Assembly: GCA_047495785.1 (NCBI GenBank)
Contig: JBLDXI010000004.1
Location: 992,001 to 1,056,000, forward strand
Reading direction: 5' to 3'
From: Lepidodermella squamata
Lineage: Eukaryota; Animalia; Gastrotricha
Length of the DNA: 64,000 nt
Below are positions 35,206 to 48,380 of this stretch, in pieces. The notes under the pieces were generated by a model, which searched no databases, was not told the DNA's origin, and saw only the letters and a list, made by a program, of their open reading frames with translations. Numbering within the stretch: position 1 is the stretch's first letter; every line of letters starts with the position of its first letter. A program made the translations under genes and the position numbers.

Positions 35206-35999
35206 ATACCCTTTTTCATTTCTGTATATTTACTTAATCTGCAAGAGATGGCCAGCATATCTTTGAATAAACAATTTATTAGCTTGGAATACACTTCGAG
35301 GTCGCTGCACCCCATCAGTAGTAAGAATTAAGGGAATATAATATGCTGAAAAATGTTGAAATTATAAGCTGAATTAAGCTGTCAAGTAATATCACGGGCT
35401 GTCAAGTACAGGGGTGTCCCAGCTTCGAGCCCTCGGGCTCGAAGCTTGGCCACAGGGGGGACCATTGTGTTTTTTTCCTGGCCCCTGCGGAAACATTAGC
35501 GATATAAGGGGGGACCCTTACCTATATCCCCCTTTCGGCAAAGTGTCCATCTTCTACACTGCTCAGAATAGGATGAAGCTTTTGTTTTGAAATGAAGCTT
35601 TGCTGGCAAGAAACACCAATTTGTTGGCGAAAGTACCCAAATAGATGGCGATATCAGTTTCGTTGGTAAAATCCCCAATTTGATGGAGAATACCCCTAAA
35701 TTGATGGCAAAAGTATTTTTCCCTTACACGAAACTTTGTATCTAGAAATATGCCGAAATTCTGGGAAAATTAAGATAGTTATTAAGTCATATAAATCAAA
35801 CTTGACTAATTATAAGCTATTGAGAAAGAAATTTAAAGATCTCTTCATCAAAGTGACTAGATGTGGAGAATTCGCATATTGGTAACGATTTCATTTACTT
35901 GCGATGTCCACGATTGCGCCACAGACACCCCCTTATTCAGTCTAAACCCCTAATTTGACATTTGACCCGATGATCTGAGTTCGATGGTCCCCCAGCGGC

Positions 36000-36548
36000 G
36001 TGGGGCGGCAGATTGATATATGGATCAGCAACGAAGCGGCACGATCTTCAATTATAGGTACTCCGACGGTAGAAGATTTCTACGGGAGCGACCACACTGC
36101 AACTTGCCTCAAAGTCAAATTTTCTGCGTGCACTTCCCCGCCGAAATCAGATGTCGAAGCGCCCCGGATAAACTTCAAATTTGATTCCAGGTCTGATGAA
36201 CTGATGAACTGGTCTCGATTCCGAAGCAGTCTTGATCAGTGTCTTGATGAACGCACAGAAGCCGTCAAGCCGAAAGTAGGCGACGAAATCAGCTCGATCA
36301 AAAATTACATCACAGAAATCTCAAGTACAGTTCAGTTTGTCACGGATGCGGTCGCGCCGAAGTGTCCTGCAAACAAGTTGCCGACCTTCAACATGAACAA
36401 GGAGATAGGAGATCTTCTGGATCAGCGAAATCAGCTACAACGTCTGCATGCTGAAACAAATGCGCCCGAAGTGAAAAGAGAGGTGAATCGCTTGAACCGC
36501 GACATAGACAACACTGTAACAGATAGGAAACTAACGATCTTTCCATAG
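36000..36548 (+). mobile_element. Non-LTR retrotransposon fragment (end of APE endonuclease + linker)
   Basis: IDIWIS...GSDH motif followed by the helical linker (NWSRFRSSL..IGDLLDQRNQLQR) that precedes RT. Confidence 0.7.
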
Positions 36549-38104
36549 TGAATTTATTCGAGCTGTTATTGCAAAAAGGGCGGCACGCGACTACTTTTTT
36601 GATCACCCAGCGCCCTATCCGCCCATTATAATTTTAATTATTTTCAAAAATAAAAAAGCGACAGGTACCCCTTTAGAAAAATTTCATTTTCTGCTCATAA
36701 ATAGTAGAAGTGCCCCTCTATCCAATGATACCAGGTTCATCTTGTGTACTCTTATGGTTATTGTTTTAAAATTCACTGAAAAAGCCAATAATTGGCCATT
36801 TTTGGCAAAATTGCCATTCTTCTGCCACGGTTGGCTACGTCATGCAAATTTTTAAAAATCTGACAAAATTATTTTATTCATATTCAGAACTTCCTCTATC
36901 CGGCAATATAAATTTCAACTGTGTATCATTTTCTTATGATTTTCCGAAATCCGGCGGATTAGCTTGGTATTACATTATTGTTATTACAAGATTAATGAAG
37001 TTGTCCAGAAAGGCCTTGCTGGCATGGCGTTCCGAAACGTCAGGTGGCCGTAAGGCACTTATGCATCGATGGTTTTTCTTGCCTTCTAAAAAGGTATCGG
37101 ATTTGTGTCGGCTAAGCCTTTCAAAGCAATCAACCAAGATTGCCGATGATCTTCATCGACTTGGTCTTAAGGGGCAGCCTCGACTCGATTGGATCATGAG
37201 ACGTACTATAGGACGCCGCGGCTTCGAAGCTCGCGTTACATCGGCCCCCTGAAGGCCGCAGACTGTGCATATCGGAATGTGCATATGAAATAAATTTTAG
37301 TCCACTAACTGCGGAATTTATGAATGAATAAAAATTGAAATTTAATTTAAATAAATGTGAATTCTTGATAACGCTTAATTTCTCTTCCGGCTGCCGTTGC
37401 CTACCTAAGCTCTTAACAGCAGAACCGCGTAAGGGAGACCGTAGAGATGTACCTGAAAGTTGGCTCGGCTATCGGTTGGCGTCCAGTTTGCAGTTTACAT
37501 ACCTAATCACCTATTAGTCATATTGTTATTGAAGTTGACCGTTACATAGCACAGTTTCATCAATGTTAAGCTTAAATGACTCTTCTATCATTCCACTATA
37601 GATCAATCATGATGAACTCTCCACCTAAACAGTGAATTCAATTTCTTGTTTATGATTTATGTAATCTATTAGGCATCTAGACATTTTATTAGCACGGCCC
37701 ATGCTGTTGTTCTATTTAGCTCTATGGCTCATCGTCTGCATCAGCGGATTCCTAGCCACGTTGTTGTGTCGGCGCCTGAGCCTGTTAACGCCGTTGGCCT
37801 TCTGCCGCGGGTTAACATGGTTCATGGCTCGCCGTCGTCGTCGTAGGTTCCTGATGCATTATATCTTGTTAATATCGCAAGTTGCCCCAGTTGGGCAACG
37901 TCTTGTTAGGCAGCGCCTAACGAGGAAGCTGGCTTTACGGGGCTGTAAATGGCTACACAGGGATAATAGCCGCAGAGTTGGACGTGAACTTTCAATGTGG
38001 CCGAAACTACTTCTGCTTCCATCCTGGTAAGTATAATTAATTAGTCTAATAACTGGTTAATTGTTGAATCTTAATTTGGATAACAGTAACTCCTCCTATT
38101 CAAG

Positions 38105-38209
38105 GCTACTACTGCTGCGGTCTGGAGATGTGTGTTTATTACGATAATATCTACTAGTAGTGATGTTACATTAATTAATTATTCTTAGGTTGAGCGCAAT
38201 CCAGGGCCC
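38105..38209 (+). other. 2A/StopGo ribosome-skipping motif LLLLRSGD|VERNPGP, split by intron 38130-38188
   Basis: Micro-exon g cta cta ctg ctg cgg tct gga gat, GT...TTCTTAG intron, then gtt gag cgc aat cca ggg ccc; exact match to D(V/I)ExNPGP with an upstream Leu-rich run. Confidence 0.85.
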
Positions 38210-41200
38210 GTGAACGGCAGCAATCCCATGCCCGGCAAAATTTGTTTTCAGTCTGTAAAGACGGGAAAGACTGTTGGTGTTGTGCCCATTGCTATAAACG
38301 CAGGAGCTTCAAGAGATGCTACAAGACCTTGGCTATCAGTTACCACACAACCTGCAGCCTCCGCACCGGTTGTTGCTAAGGTTAAAAGAGGTAAGACTAG
38401 AATTTCATCATGCAATGGCCAAATACATCTACATTGATATGTTATTATTAGAAATTGGCGTTGTGCGAGTTATGGATGTCGATCCGCCTGTGATAAAATC
38501 TGTCATTATCACGCCTGCCGGAACAGTGGTCAAGACATCGTCGCAGCAAGTAACCGCTGTCGTCGAGGGAAACCAGCCGCCTACACAAGATCAGCATCTG
38601 CTACCTATCGCTAAATGTTACGCTTATCGTAAGCGTAACATGAATTTGCGTAAAAATGCGTCTACAAGTCGTAACTCCGTCAGAATGTCTGCCGTTAGAC
38701 GAGTTGCTCCAACCGAAGTCGGACGACGTGCTTGTGTTAGATGCGAGGCCTCTAAAAAGATGGTTGCGGACCTACGGCGCCAGGTTCAAGACATGCGTCA
38801 GCCTGCCGTGAAGAGTGCTGTTATCCGCAGAGTTTGCATCAAATGCAACGCTGCCAAGCAGATTATAGCTCAAGAGCAGCGAGAAATCAAGGATTTGCGA
38901 CGAGAGTTGAAGTTGGCTGTTAAAACAACCATCCCTAAAATTCAATCGAAATCGATCGGTGTTCAAGTCGACCTGCCACCAGCTGTGATCCACGCGCCTA
39001 AGGCTAACCTGACCATGGATGAGCTAACCCTGTTCTTGCATAAGCAGCATAAACTGCGATCCTTGGATACTGTACGGGCTATTCGCTATGATGGCGCCGA
39101 TGGTGAGCTGACGTTCAATGTTGCCATGATCATTCACTCGATGAGCTCCAAGTGTTACGACTATTTACGTGATTCCGGCATTCTCATGCTGCCACATTCT
39201 TCGACAATAACAACCTTAGTTGCCGTTGATTACAACCCTGGCCTGTCGGATTCTTGCATGGAGTTATTGTGTGTCATGATCAAGCAGTCAGCAACGCCTG
39301 AGCGTTTCAGATTTGGCATGCTTTCGATCGATGCTATGGCCATTTCGTCGGGCCTACAAATAATTGATAAAGGAAATACGATCGTCGGGATGTCCCTCGA
39401 TCAGCCTGGTGAACCCGCAACTCAATGTCTGTCTTTCTGTCTGAAGTTTATCGAGGATAGGACGGTAGTTAACATTGCTAACTTTCCTATGGTCGATCTG
39501 CCTGTCTCATTTGTCGCAAAATTTTTAAAAAATGCAATTAGCCGCCTTTATAAGTTGGAAACGCCTATATTGGTCAAGGCTGCTACGTGGGACGGGGCGG
39601 GCGAGAACTGGAGCATGTATAACATGCTGTGTGAGCAGTTCGGCCCAGAAGGTTTGAAACATCCCGAGAAACCCGAGGAAGTCGTCCATCTTCTATTCGA
39701 CCCGCCGCACGTTATGAAAATCACGAGGAACGCCATCATTCATAAAAAGGTTGGAATTTTATTTAATACATTTTTTGTTGGCTAATTAATAGGCTAGTGG
39801 ACTAGAGGGTTTATAAAGCAACATTGCATGCCACAACATTGTGAAAAACACAATTTTTAATATCATGAAACCTCATCGCCTATTTACTGGAAATTTATTC
39901 TTGAAATTATTTAAACAACAGCTGACCATCGACTTTTCGACGACCCGGACAAAAAAGTTTGAGTAAATTAACATTGTAAATTCCTGTATTTTGGTGTGAA
40001 TTGCAGTTTATTTGGGTTTTTTCATGTAAGCAGCATCAGGAACCAGCTCAGCGATCCGGAATTCAGCGTTGTAAAACAGGGTTTTTCGTTTTTCGGCCGA
40101 GAAACTTCATGGAAATTCGTGTAAACCCTGAAATTCGGTCATGTAAACTCATGGATTTTCGTCTTTCAGTCATTTCTTCGATGTATTTCAATGGAAGCTG
40201 AACAATTTCTCGACTGAAATGTCCTCACATGATTTTACATCCTGGAAAAGACGTTGTATTCTCATGTAGGAAGATCGATTGAATAAAAACTGAATTAATT
40301 TTTAAAATTCAACCGCGATCTACCTAATTTTGCTGCTCGAATTTTCAAGTCCGAGTCGCAAGTGACATTACCTGAAATTACACGATCGGAAATTTCACGG
40401 AATTGCAAGGAAATTTCCCCTCATTCTATTTGGGGAGAAACTGAGGGGTTACACGAATATACACGGATTTGAGAATAATAAATACTGGTAATTTATTGCT
40501 CAAAAATCACCGTGTAAATTCATGTAGACAGATTTTATAATAAAGAATCGAGAAATAATGAAATTGTTGATTAAAATTTAGGTATTTTTCGCCTAAATAA
40601 ACGAAGTTATGTGATTTCAGTTTTAATGATGCAAAAATATTCATAGCGCAGCCGGTTTTTCCTTTGGATTAACGATGAATCATCATTGAGTCATCAGAGC
40701 GTCACGTGACTGTAGAGCAAGAAGCTAAGTTTTCTCCGCAATTCTCCGCGTTTCTCCGGGTTCCTCCGCAATTCTCGGTTAATTCTTCAATTTCAAGGTG
40801 TTTAAGGTGAATTGGAGCTTGTTAGTACCTGCTGCATCCGGATACGGTTAACGGTTCGAAGCAACCGGTTCGAAGAAAATAACGCCACTGATAAATCAGC
40901 AATTTCATTTTATCTCGGCCGACCATCGCGGCCATCGTGGTGAAAATAAGAAGAAATAAGAATCGTATTCACAACAATTATGCTCAATAAAATATTGAAA
41001 GGAATGATCATAAGTACACATTTTGGCAGCCAGGATTGTTTCGAAACCGCACGAGATATATCTATTCAGTAAGCTTCGAGTCATTCGGCAGCTGACAGCA
41101 AAATTTCCGAAGTGAAAGTTACCTCAAAATCGAGCATAGTGACGCCAAAATTGCGTCTCAACACTTAGAAGAAGCAGGGAAAGAGCGATATATAGGCATT

Positions 41201-44200
41201 AGAGGCACCGATAAACATCCGATTTAATTATAAGCCGCAATATTCAATAGGAAATTATTAAAATTAATCGAGGAAACTGTTGGCGGAATTTATTTATTTA
41301 GAAGCTATTACACCCAAAGAGGGAAGAGGGAATGAAAGCAGACTGAGAACAATTGATAATGATAAAGAATTTTTACGGCCGGCGAGATCAGAATAAAGAA
41401 TAACTCAATAGAAACAAGAATTTTTGGAATATTTTAATAAAATGTAAAGAATTTGTTGAGTCAGAAATAAGTTGATAGGTACCTTTAGGATTTCCCCATA
41501 TTTTGTTAAATTGTTTCCAAGGCGGGAGAAAAATTATAGCCATGGTTGGGATCTCGAGGCATAATTTTAGCAAAACACAACCTTGATCAACAGATCTCTG
41601 TGAGATTCGAACTTTGAGGAACGAGAAAAAGATAACGGTTAATTATGAGCGCACTTCCCTACTTTAACGTGTAAAAACGAATAAGAAATTCTACATTTTT
41701 TCTGCACAACGATACATCAGTACAGTCTTGTTGGAAAAGGTGACACGGCCGGTTTAAATAAGAGTGAAGAGCACGTAAAAAAATTCATACATGATGAAAC
41801 CACTCAAGCGTGACTTTAACGTAAATTTAAACATCACCTACCCACACATGTTATCGCTTATTGTTTTTCGAACATTTCTGGTACAATTTCGAAAATATTT
41901 TCAGAATTAATTTAAACGAAGAGATGAAAACGCCGCAGTCGGTTTGAAAAAGAGGGCATTTGCAAAACATCGCGCAGAAAATGATTACAGCGTAAAATTC
42001 GAATTCACTGGAGCGTGTCACATTGAATTCAGACCTGTAGAATGTGGCTAAAAAGTGCGAAATAATTTTGGCCGTCGCTAATCAGAACATTTTTCAATTA
42101 GTGTGAATGTGAGCAACTTTTCACAAGTTTTCTAGCATCTACGCGTGGCGAGTTCTTGAAAATCAGAGTGCCGAGTTTGAGCCTAATTCAGGTATGATTT
42201 TGATTTTTCCGAAATCGCAGTAGCAATCGATTGCAGATTGCAGCATCGCCGTATTTTCTACATAAATCATAAATGTATGAATCCCATAGTACCTGGTACC
42301 CAAAACTGAGCATAGCAGAGGTCCATACATGTTAATTTTTACAATACTGTAACGCAGAAATGGTGGATAAAACGCGAAAACTTGCAGCCGAAATGCTTGA
42401 ATTCCGTACTGGAACCTCAATACTGAGAGCTGCGTTCCAATTTTTATTATTAAAAGCCGCATAACCGCAGCTCTCAGGCATGATCTGTGGCGTCCTCAAT
42501 AAGGGCTAATTATGAATCAAATGGCCTAATAAGCCGAATTCAAGTAACAGAAGTTATGATCACAAATTGTAGAAAAATGAGAAAAATTCTTGGGTATATC
42601 GACGTGGTGGTCGTAAAGAAATTCAGCACTGGCTTGAATAGCTCGATTTTTGACCGCGCCTCAATCGGATCTTCCATAGCTTGGCGTTGGTTCGATAGCA
42701 CGCAGGAATAAGGACTGAAATAAAATCAGATAATAAAAAAAAATGATATAAAATTGAATTAGGAAAAATTGGAAAATTTAAAATGTAAAAATGTAAAAAT
42801 TTAAATTGAATTATTTGAACATTCAAAATTAGGAATTAGGAATGATATCGACGATCACGGCAATCAGACAAATTCAGGAAATTTCTCGAAAAAAGGTAAA
42901 AAATCTGATAAATTACCGAGTGTAGACTAGCAATATCGGAAGCCAGTAAGCTGAGTCGTCGCCCTCATCGGTCAAAGCTCGACCAGTCGATCAGCTGCCA
43001 TCCAATCTAAAAATGATAAAAATATTATAAATTTCCAATTTGCATTTATAAGGCGCAGTGCGTAACAGTAAAGCTGCTGGGAACCAGGTTTAAAATTTGG
43101 CAGTATGAGTTGCCCAGGGCCTAGGCAAACGTTTTAACCATTATTCACGATGGCAAACAATAGAAGTCCTCATAATCAATATAAATTACAAAATGAAATT
43201 TTTCCACCAATTTTGGGGCCGAAATCTTGATATGAAGCGGATAGTCTGACTTAATTTCCGCGTCTCATCAATTTCTTAGGAAAAGACATCTGTGGATAGG
43301 GGAATAAGGAGGCAAATTTTGAGAAATCTACCTTGGGCAAACAGCTTAGGTCAGCTTTGATTGCTCATTAGCATTGCCGTAACACAACTGGACTAAGTCC
43401 AACTGGTGTGGCTAACGGTGTGGCTAAACGGCCGCAAGCTCGAAACTTGGCTGGCGAATGAACAGCCATGCATCAAAAATTGCAGTGATCAAATAGCGAA
43501 AAATAAAATTCTAAAATCAGAAAAATAATCAAATGAAGGATGAACGGCATGTGGCATGTGGCATGTGGCAGTAAGACCATTGTGACGCTTGGATTGTTGC
43601 GTGAAAATAAGTGCGCAACAACTCCAATTTCGCACAATCAAGAAAACGCAAGAAAAAAATTGAAAATTAAAATTGATAAAAAAATCACCTGATAAAAGAG
43701 AAATTTTATAAAAATCAGAAAATACCCAGTCCAGCCTAGTTCCCGGCGTATACGCTTGAAAGTTAAACATTATTCGCCCATAATGTCGAATTTTCAATCG
43801 AATTTAAATGAAAATTTTCAGTGAAAGAAGAAATGGGAAATTTGAAGAGCGGCTAAAATGCCTACTTGTGGAAAATAATGGCCACATAATATCATGGTGA
43901 AGGCTGACCGAACTGAACGGTTTGATTTTACCATAGCGTATTTGAGAGCCAGGTAATAAAAATAAAAAATAGTTACCACAAATCCGCAAGCGGAAGAAAT
44001 AAAAAAATTCCTAAATTTCTAAAATTAGGCTCGAATTTAACCGATTTTTCAGACAATTTTGGTTCGATTTTTCGCTCAAGAAATTCGAATTTTGGCAAGC
44101 TTGCATTTTGAATTCATTGTTTTCTATAGCTGTTAATTCATCTTAGAATCGTCATGATTCGAAGCTATAGGTTGGAATGGAGTTAAAATTATCAGAGAAA

Positions 44201-46035
44201 TTTTAGAGATTTCACACCACTTGTCTGATTTTTGAATTTTTGGCAATTCATCGCGCCAAGAAAATGTCATTATTTCAAGATGAAATATTTTTTCTATAAA
44301 GCTAAGACCCTTCAAGCAAAGCGAGTCACATAACACCAGAAATTTAACGCAAAAAACGCCGCAGCGATGGAAGTGCGGCGCAATGGTAATTATGGCTTTT
44401 CTGCGCGCTGAGGTCACGCGGCTTTTTCTATAATTGGACGTAATAAAATAAAGCGGCAGACAGGGGTCACTAACGACATGTTTCAGCCTAAAAGCGAAGC
44501 AACTTTCTCATGATATTCCATTACCTGCTAGGGACTGAGGATAAATATTAATAATTTGATTTGGCAGAATTATTAGCTCGTACTGCGACGAGTTAATCCT
44601 TCTGACCATTGTTGCGCAATCGGATCATTTACAGACCTTCGATTTCGTGCGGGTTACGAATTCTTCGATTTTGGATGCTTATAATTTTCCTAAGTAATTA
44701 ACTGCTCTTGGCTAATTTTTCGATTTTTCTACCGCTGCGACCTTGAAATCGTCGCTGAAGCAATGAATTTAGCTTGATGGGCGGCGGTTTTCCTATAATC
44801 TAGCATTATTTCTGTTTGCCCCTTATGACCATATAATTAGAGTGATAGTTTCATAAAATCTAAAACTTTTTCATTGGAAGCACATCTATTTTAATAGTTT
44901 TATGACGTTATCCGTTATTTTACTGGTTTACAGCTACGATTTCATGCAACTAGTGGACGCAAAGTTGATGACTAAGTAAGTTTTATGCCTTTTAAAGAAT
45001 AGACTGTCTACAAAAAAAATAATTTTAAATTATCACTTTCCTGGAGCCAGAAAACCCAAATTTGAGTCGTCTACTAGTAAGAATGACCAAAAAACATTAT
45101 CAAAATGTCTTTTTTGAATGAGATTTCAAAGTCGAAAAAGTCTTGAAATTGACGGTTTTTTCATGAAAAAAACATGACAGCGTGAATGAGCATCATCAAT
45201 AGTAGTAGTTAGTAAAGTTTATTCAAGAATTCCGAAACTTTGCCAAAAAATTTCAAAACGTGTGTCGAAAGCTCGAAATTGGATTTTTTAGTGCAGTGCA
45301 AAGAAGTCGCTTTGAGCTCGGTAATCTCTTAGAGTGAATCACGCTAGTACTAAACATGCGAGAAGCTGGAGGGGGTTCGGAGGGGGTTCGGTTTCACAAT
45401 GAAAAAATACTCCTCCGCCAGTAGTGTTACGTAATGTGCTTCACTCACAATGAAAAAACGAGACTCATTTTTCGAATGGATTTTTTGCATGACGACTCTG
45501 CTTTGTGCTCGGATTGTCACAATTTTTATCGTAAAAACAATTACGTTTCAATTTTCGAATTGCGGTTAACAGAAAAATTAAAGGGAAAAGCGAAATAAAA
45601 TATAGACAATAAATATGTGAACGCTGAATCTCGTCTTTACGTCGATCGTCCTCAAAAATGAAAAAAAAATTTATCAGCATTTTTTACGCGCATTTTATTT
45701 TCTATTTTTTCGGCTATCTGGAATTACTGTGGGCTGTGGGATCGATGTAAAAAAATGCCCAAGAAGAACTGAGGTCTTCCCGCTACATTATTTCTCGGAC
45801 GATTATTGCCGCCGAATTATCCTTTAGCGTGTTTAGCGGCGAGGTTGTTGACAGTGTACGGCAGTGTTTCGCCGGCTATATAGTTTTCCGTATAAATAAC
45901 TATTTAAAATGACCAACAATTTTTCGCCCTTTGACATTAATTATTTTCAAATTCGATTTTTGGCCTCTTCATCTCCGTCGTATCCCCGTCAAATAACAGG
46001 CTTTTAAATAAAAATTTTACTTTTATTTTTTTCAG

Positions 46036-48380
46036 AATTTTCTGCGATTGCCGGTACAACCGCCAGAAGTTCAGGATTTTATTTAGTTGAACTAACATGC
46101 CGTTATTATCAAGCCGAGCAGTTATTACGGAAGACGCTGCTGCTCAGCTAGCCTATTTTCTGTCATGAACTAGCGGTACCGAATTCCACGACCGAATTTC
46201 TGAAAAGGAAAAACCTGGAACATCAGTCGACCGTGCTGCGAAAATGTTGTCGCTTAGTGGCATCGGAATCGACAGTGGTGTACCAATTATTGCTAGCGTG
46301 ACGACGCCGTAATTCACAGCAACTCGGTAAGACTGAATCAAGCGCCGAATTCGCCGGAACCATTCAACCGTGAAAATTTCGTAAAAATCGGATACTGCTA
46401 CGGCAATCGTTGTCTTCGATTGGCCGGTGAGGCATTGTAGCTCTCTAGCTTCGTTTGGCCAAATCGGCATCAGAATCAACACAGCAATGACCCGAAAAGC
46501 ATCGGTCTACTTCGTCCATTTCTCTCTAAACACCAACCTATTTTCCCGCAATTTTACCGCGAACGCAGCGCGGTCAGTGAGGTTGCCATCGAATTCAGCC
46601 AGCCGTTACTTCTCGGGGAAGAATTGAACTAGAACCAGGCTCATCGTCAAGTTTCATTGGATCCAATTTGGTACTCGTCATCTGATGACAGGTGAGCTAT
46701 TTCTTTCTATTATTTCTCCGACTGATCATCGACTTGTGTCTTGTGTACCTGTTGAATTTTTTAGTAAATTTTCTCTGAAATTTATAGCTGTCGTAATATT
46801 TGCCCCTGACATCTCCATGCTTGAGCTTCCCTAAATTTTACTTGAATTATTTAGAAATACTTTTTTTCCTTTTTTATTTATTTTCAGCTTCTTTTATAAT
46901 TTTTTTTATAACGCCTTATTATATGCCTCTCCTCAGATCCGTTCACCTGGGTTTTAAAATTCGATTTTTCGATAGATTTTATCACATTTTTTTCAGCGGG
47001 TTCACTCAGGCGTGAAGCAAAGCCCTCTAACCTTTTCTCCCGGATTATTCCGATTTTTTTATTATTGTATTATTTTTGAATTCTTTAACATGATTTTTTT
47101 ATAGATAAATAACGCTTGATCAAGGCATGAGGATTTCAAGGCCGGCGTTTGACTCGGCGAGAGGCTGGCTCACAATTCGTCTATAAATTCGAAAAATTTG
47201 GAAATTTGTGGCTTTGGACTCGGCCTGTTGTACCATTTATGGGCAGGAAGATGACAACAACTGATCTCAACTCGGTGAGACTGAACCCAGCGAACTCTCC
47301 AAAATTATTTAGCCTTGAGAAATTCCGGGCAAACCTATCTGTTTGAGGAATCGTTTTCTCTTCAATTCGTCGGCAAGCCCTTGAGTTTCGTTCAATCAAA
47401 TGACGTCAGACTCGACACGGCGATGACCCGAAAATTGTCGGTGTATATACTACGGCCTAAAATGCGGATTTCTCTCAGAACAATTAAATATTCCCGCATT
47501 TCAACCGTGAAAAAGGCGCGGTCAGACAGAGCGATCTCCGAATCGAAATCACTCAGCCGTGGTCAAATTAGCGCTGCAAACTTTCGGTCGGTCCTGTTAC
47601 TGGTTACCTGATGATAGGTAAGCTAACTAATTTAATGCCTCAAATCGATTTTTTATTTAATTAATTTGAGAAGCAGGTGGGGAATTTTCGATTCACGTGC
47701 TTAGCGAATTTATTTAGTTCATGTTTCACGGAATTTTCAGCAGTCGATATATTAGCCCATGATATCACTCAAACTTGAGTTGTGTGTTATCATTTTCCTT
47801 AATTAATTCTACTTGAATTATTCAAGAACGGTTTCGGCTATTTTCAGCTTTTCATTTCCCCCGGAAACGCATCGTTTTATGCCCCTCTGAGTAGCTTAGA
47901 TCACCTGGGTTTTAAGTTGTATTCCAATTACCGCTCAATTTGACTCATATTTTCATTCGGTAGATTCATTCAGGCGTGAAGTGAAAGCTTCGAGCTTCAA
48001 ATAATTTAGGAACTGTTCGTTGAATTAATAAATTCCAAAAAATACATTTATTCTATTTTTATCACAGGCAACGCTAGCCGCTGAGACCCGAGACTAGCTG
48101 GTTTAATTTATGGAATCGAGTCGAAGAGTCGAGACGAGACCGAACGTTAATTCGAATTATGTCCGGACTGTTGGCATATTCTCGAATTCTCAGTGAATTT
48201 TCCTGCGGCTCGATTTCAACATTTCGATCCGGAAACGAGTTTATCAGACACCCTGCAATCACTCAACCGTGACGGAGTTGCTGTTGCAAGTCAAATTTGA
48301 GCCTTCAGTTGTCACTGAGACGTCGCAGGCTGGCAAGAACTTCATCGGACGAGACTGCAGTTCAAGCAGCCTAGTGAAAG
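46036..48380 (+). pseudogene. Tandemly duplicated (~1 kb period) decayed exons within the cargo
   Basis: NSVRLNQAPNSPEPFNRENF (46321) vs NSVRLNPANSPKLFSLEKF (~47269), IFPQFYRERSAV vs IFPHFNREKGAV; matching AG/GT sites; multiple stops and frameshifts. Confidence 0.6.

Noticed and set aside
38316-38451. N-terminus of ORF 38316 (MLQDLGYQ...) as the transposase start
   Set aside because: It overlaps exon 3 in another frame and the 38391-38451 intron; the spliced model explains the region better.
46036-47615. Alternative genetic code or stop read-through in the cargo exons
   Set aside because: All three stop codons occur, at non-equivalent positions in the two units, together with frameshifts; decay is simpler.
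46682-47615. Hammerhead ribozymes or C/D snoRNAs at the repeated CTGATGA
   Set aside because: No stem II + GAAA follows, and the motif sits directly before GT donor sites in duplicated exons.
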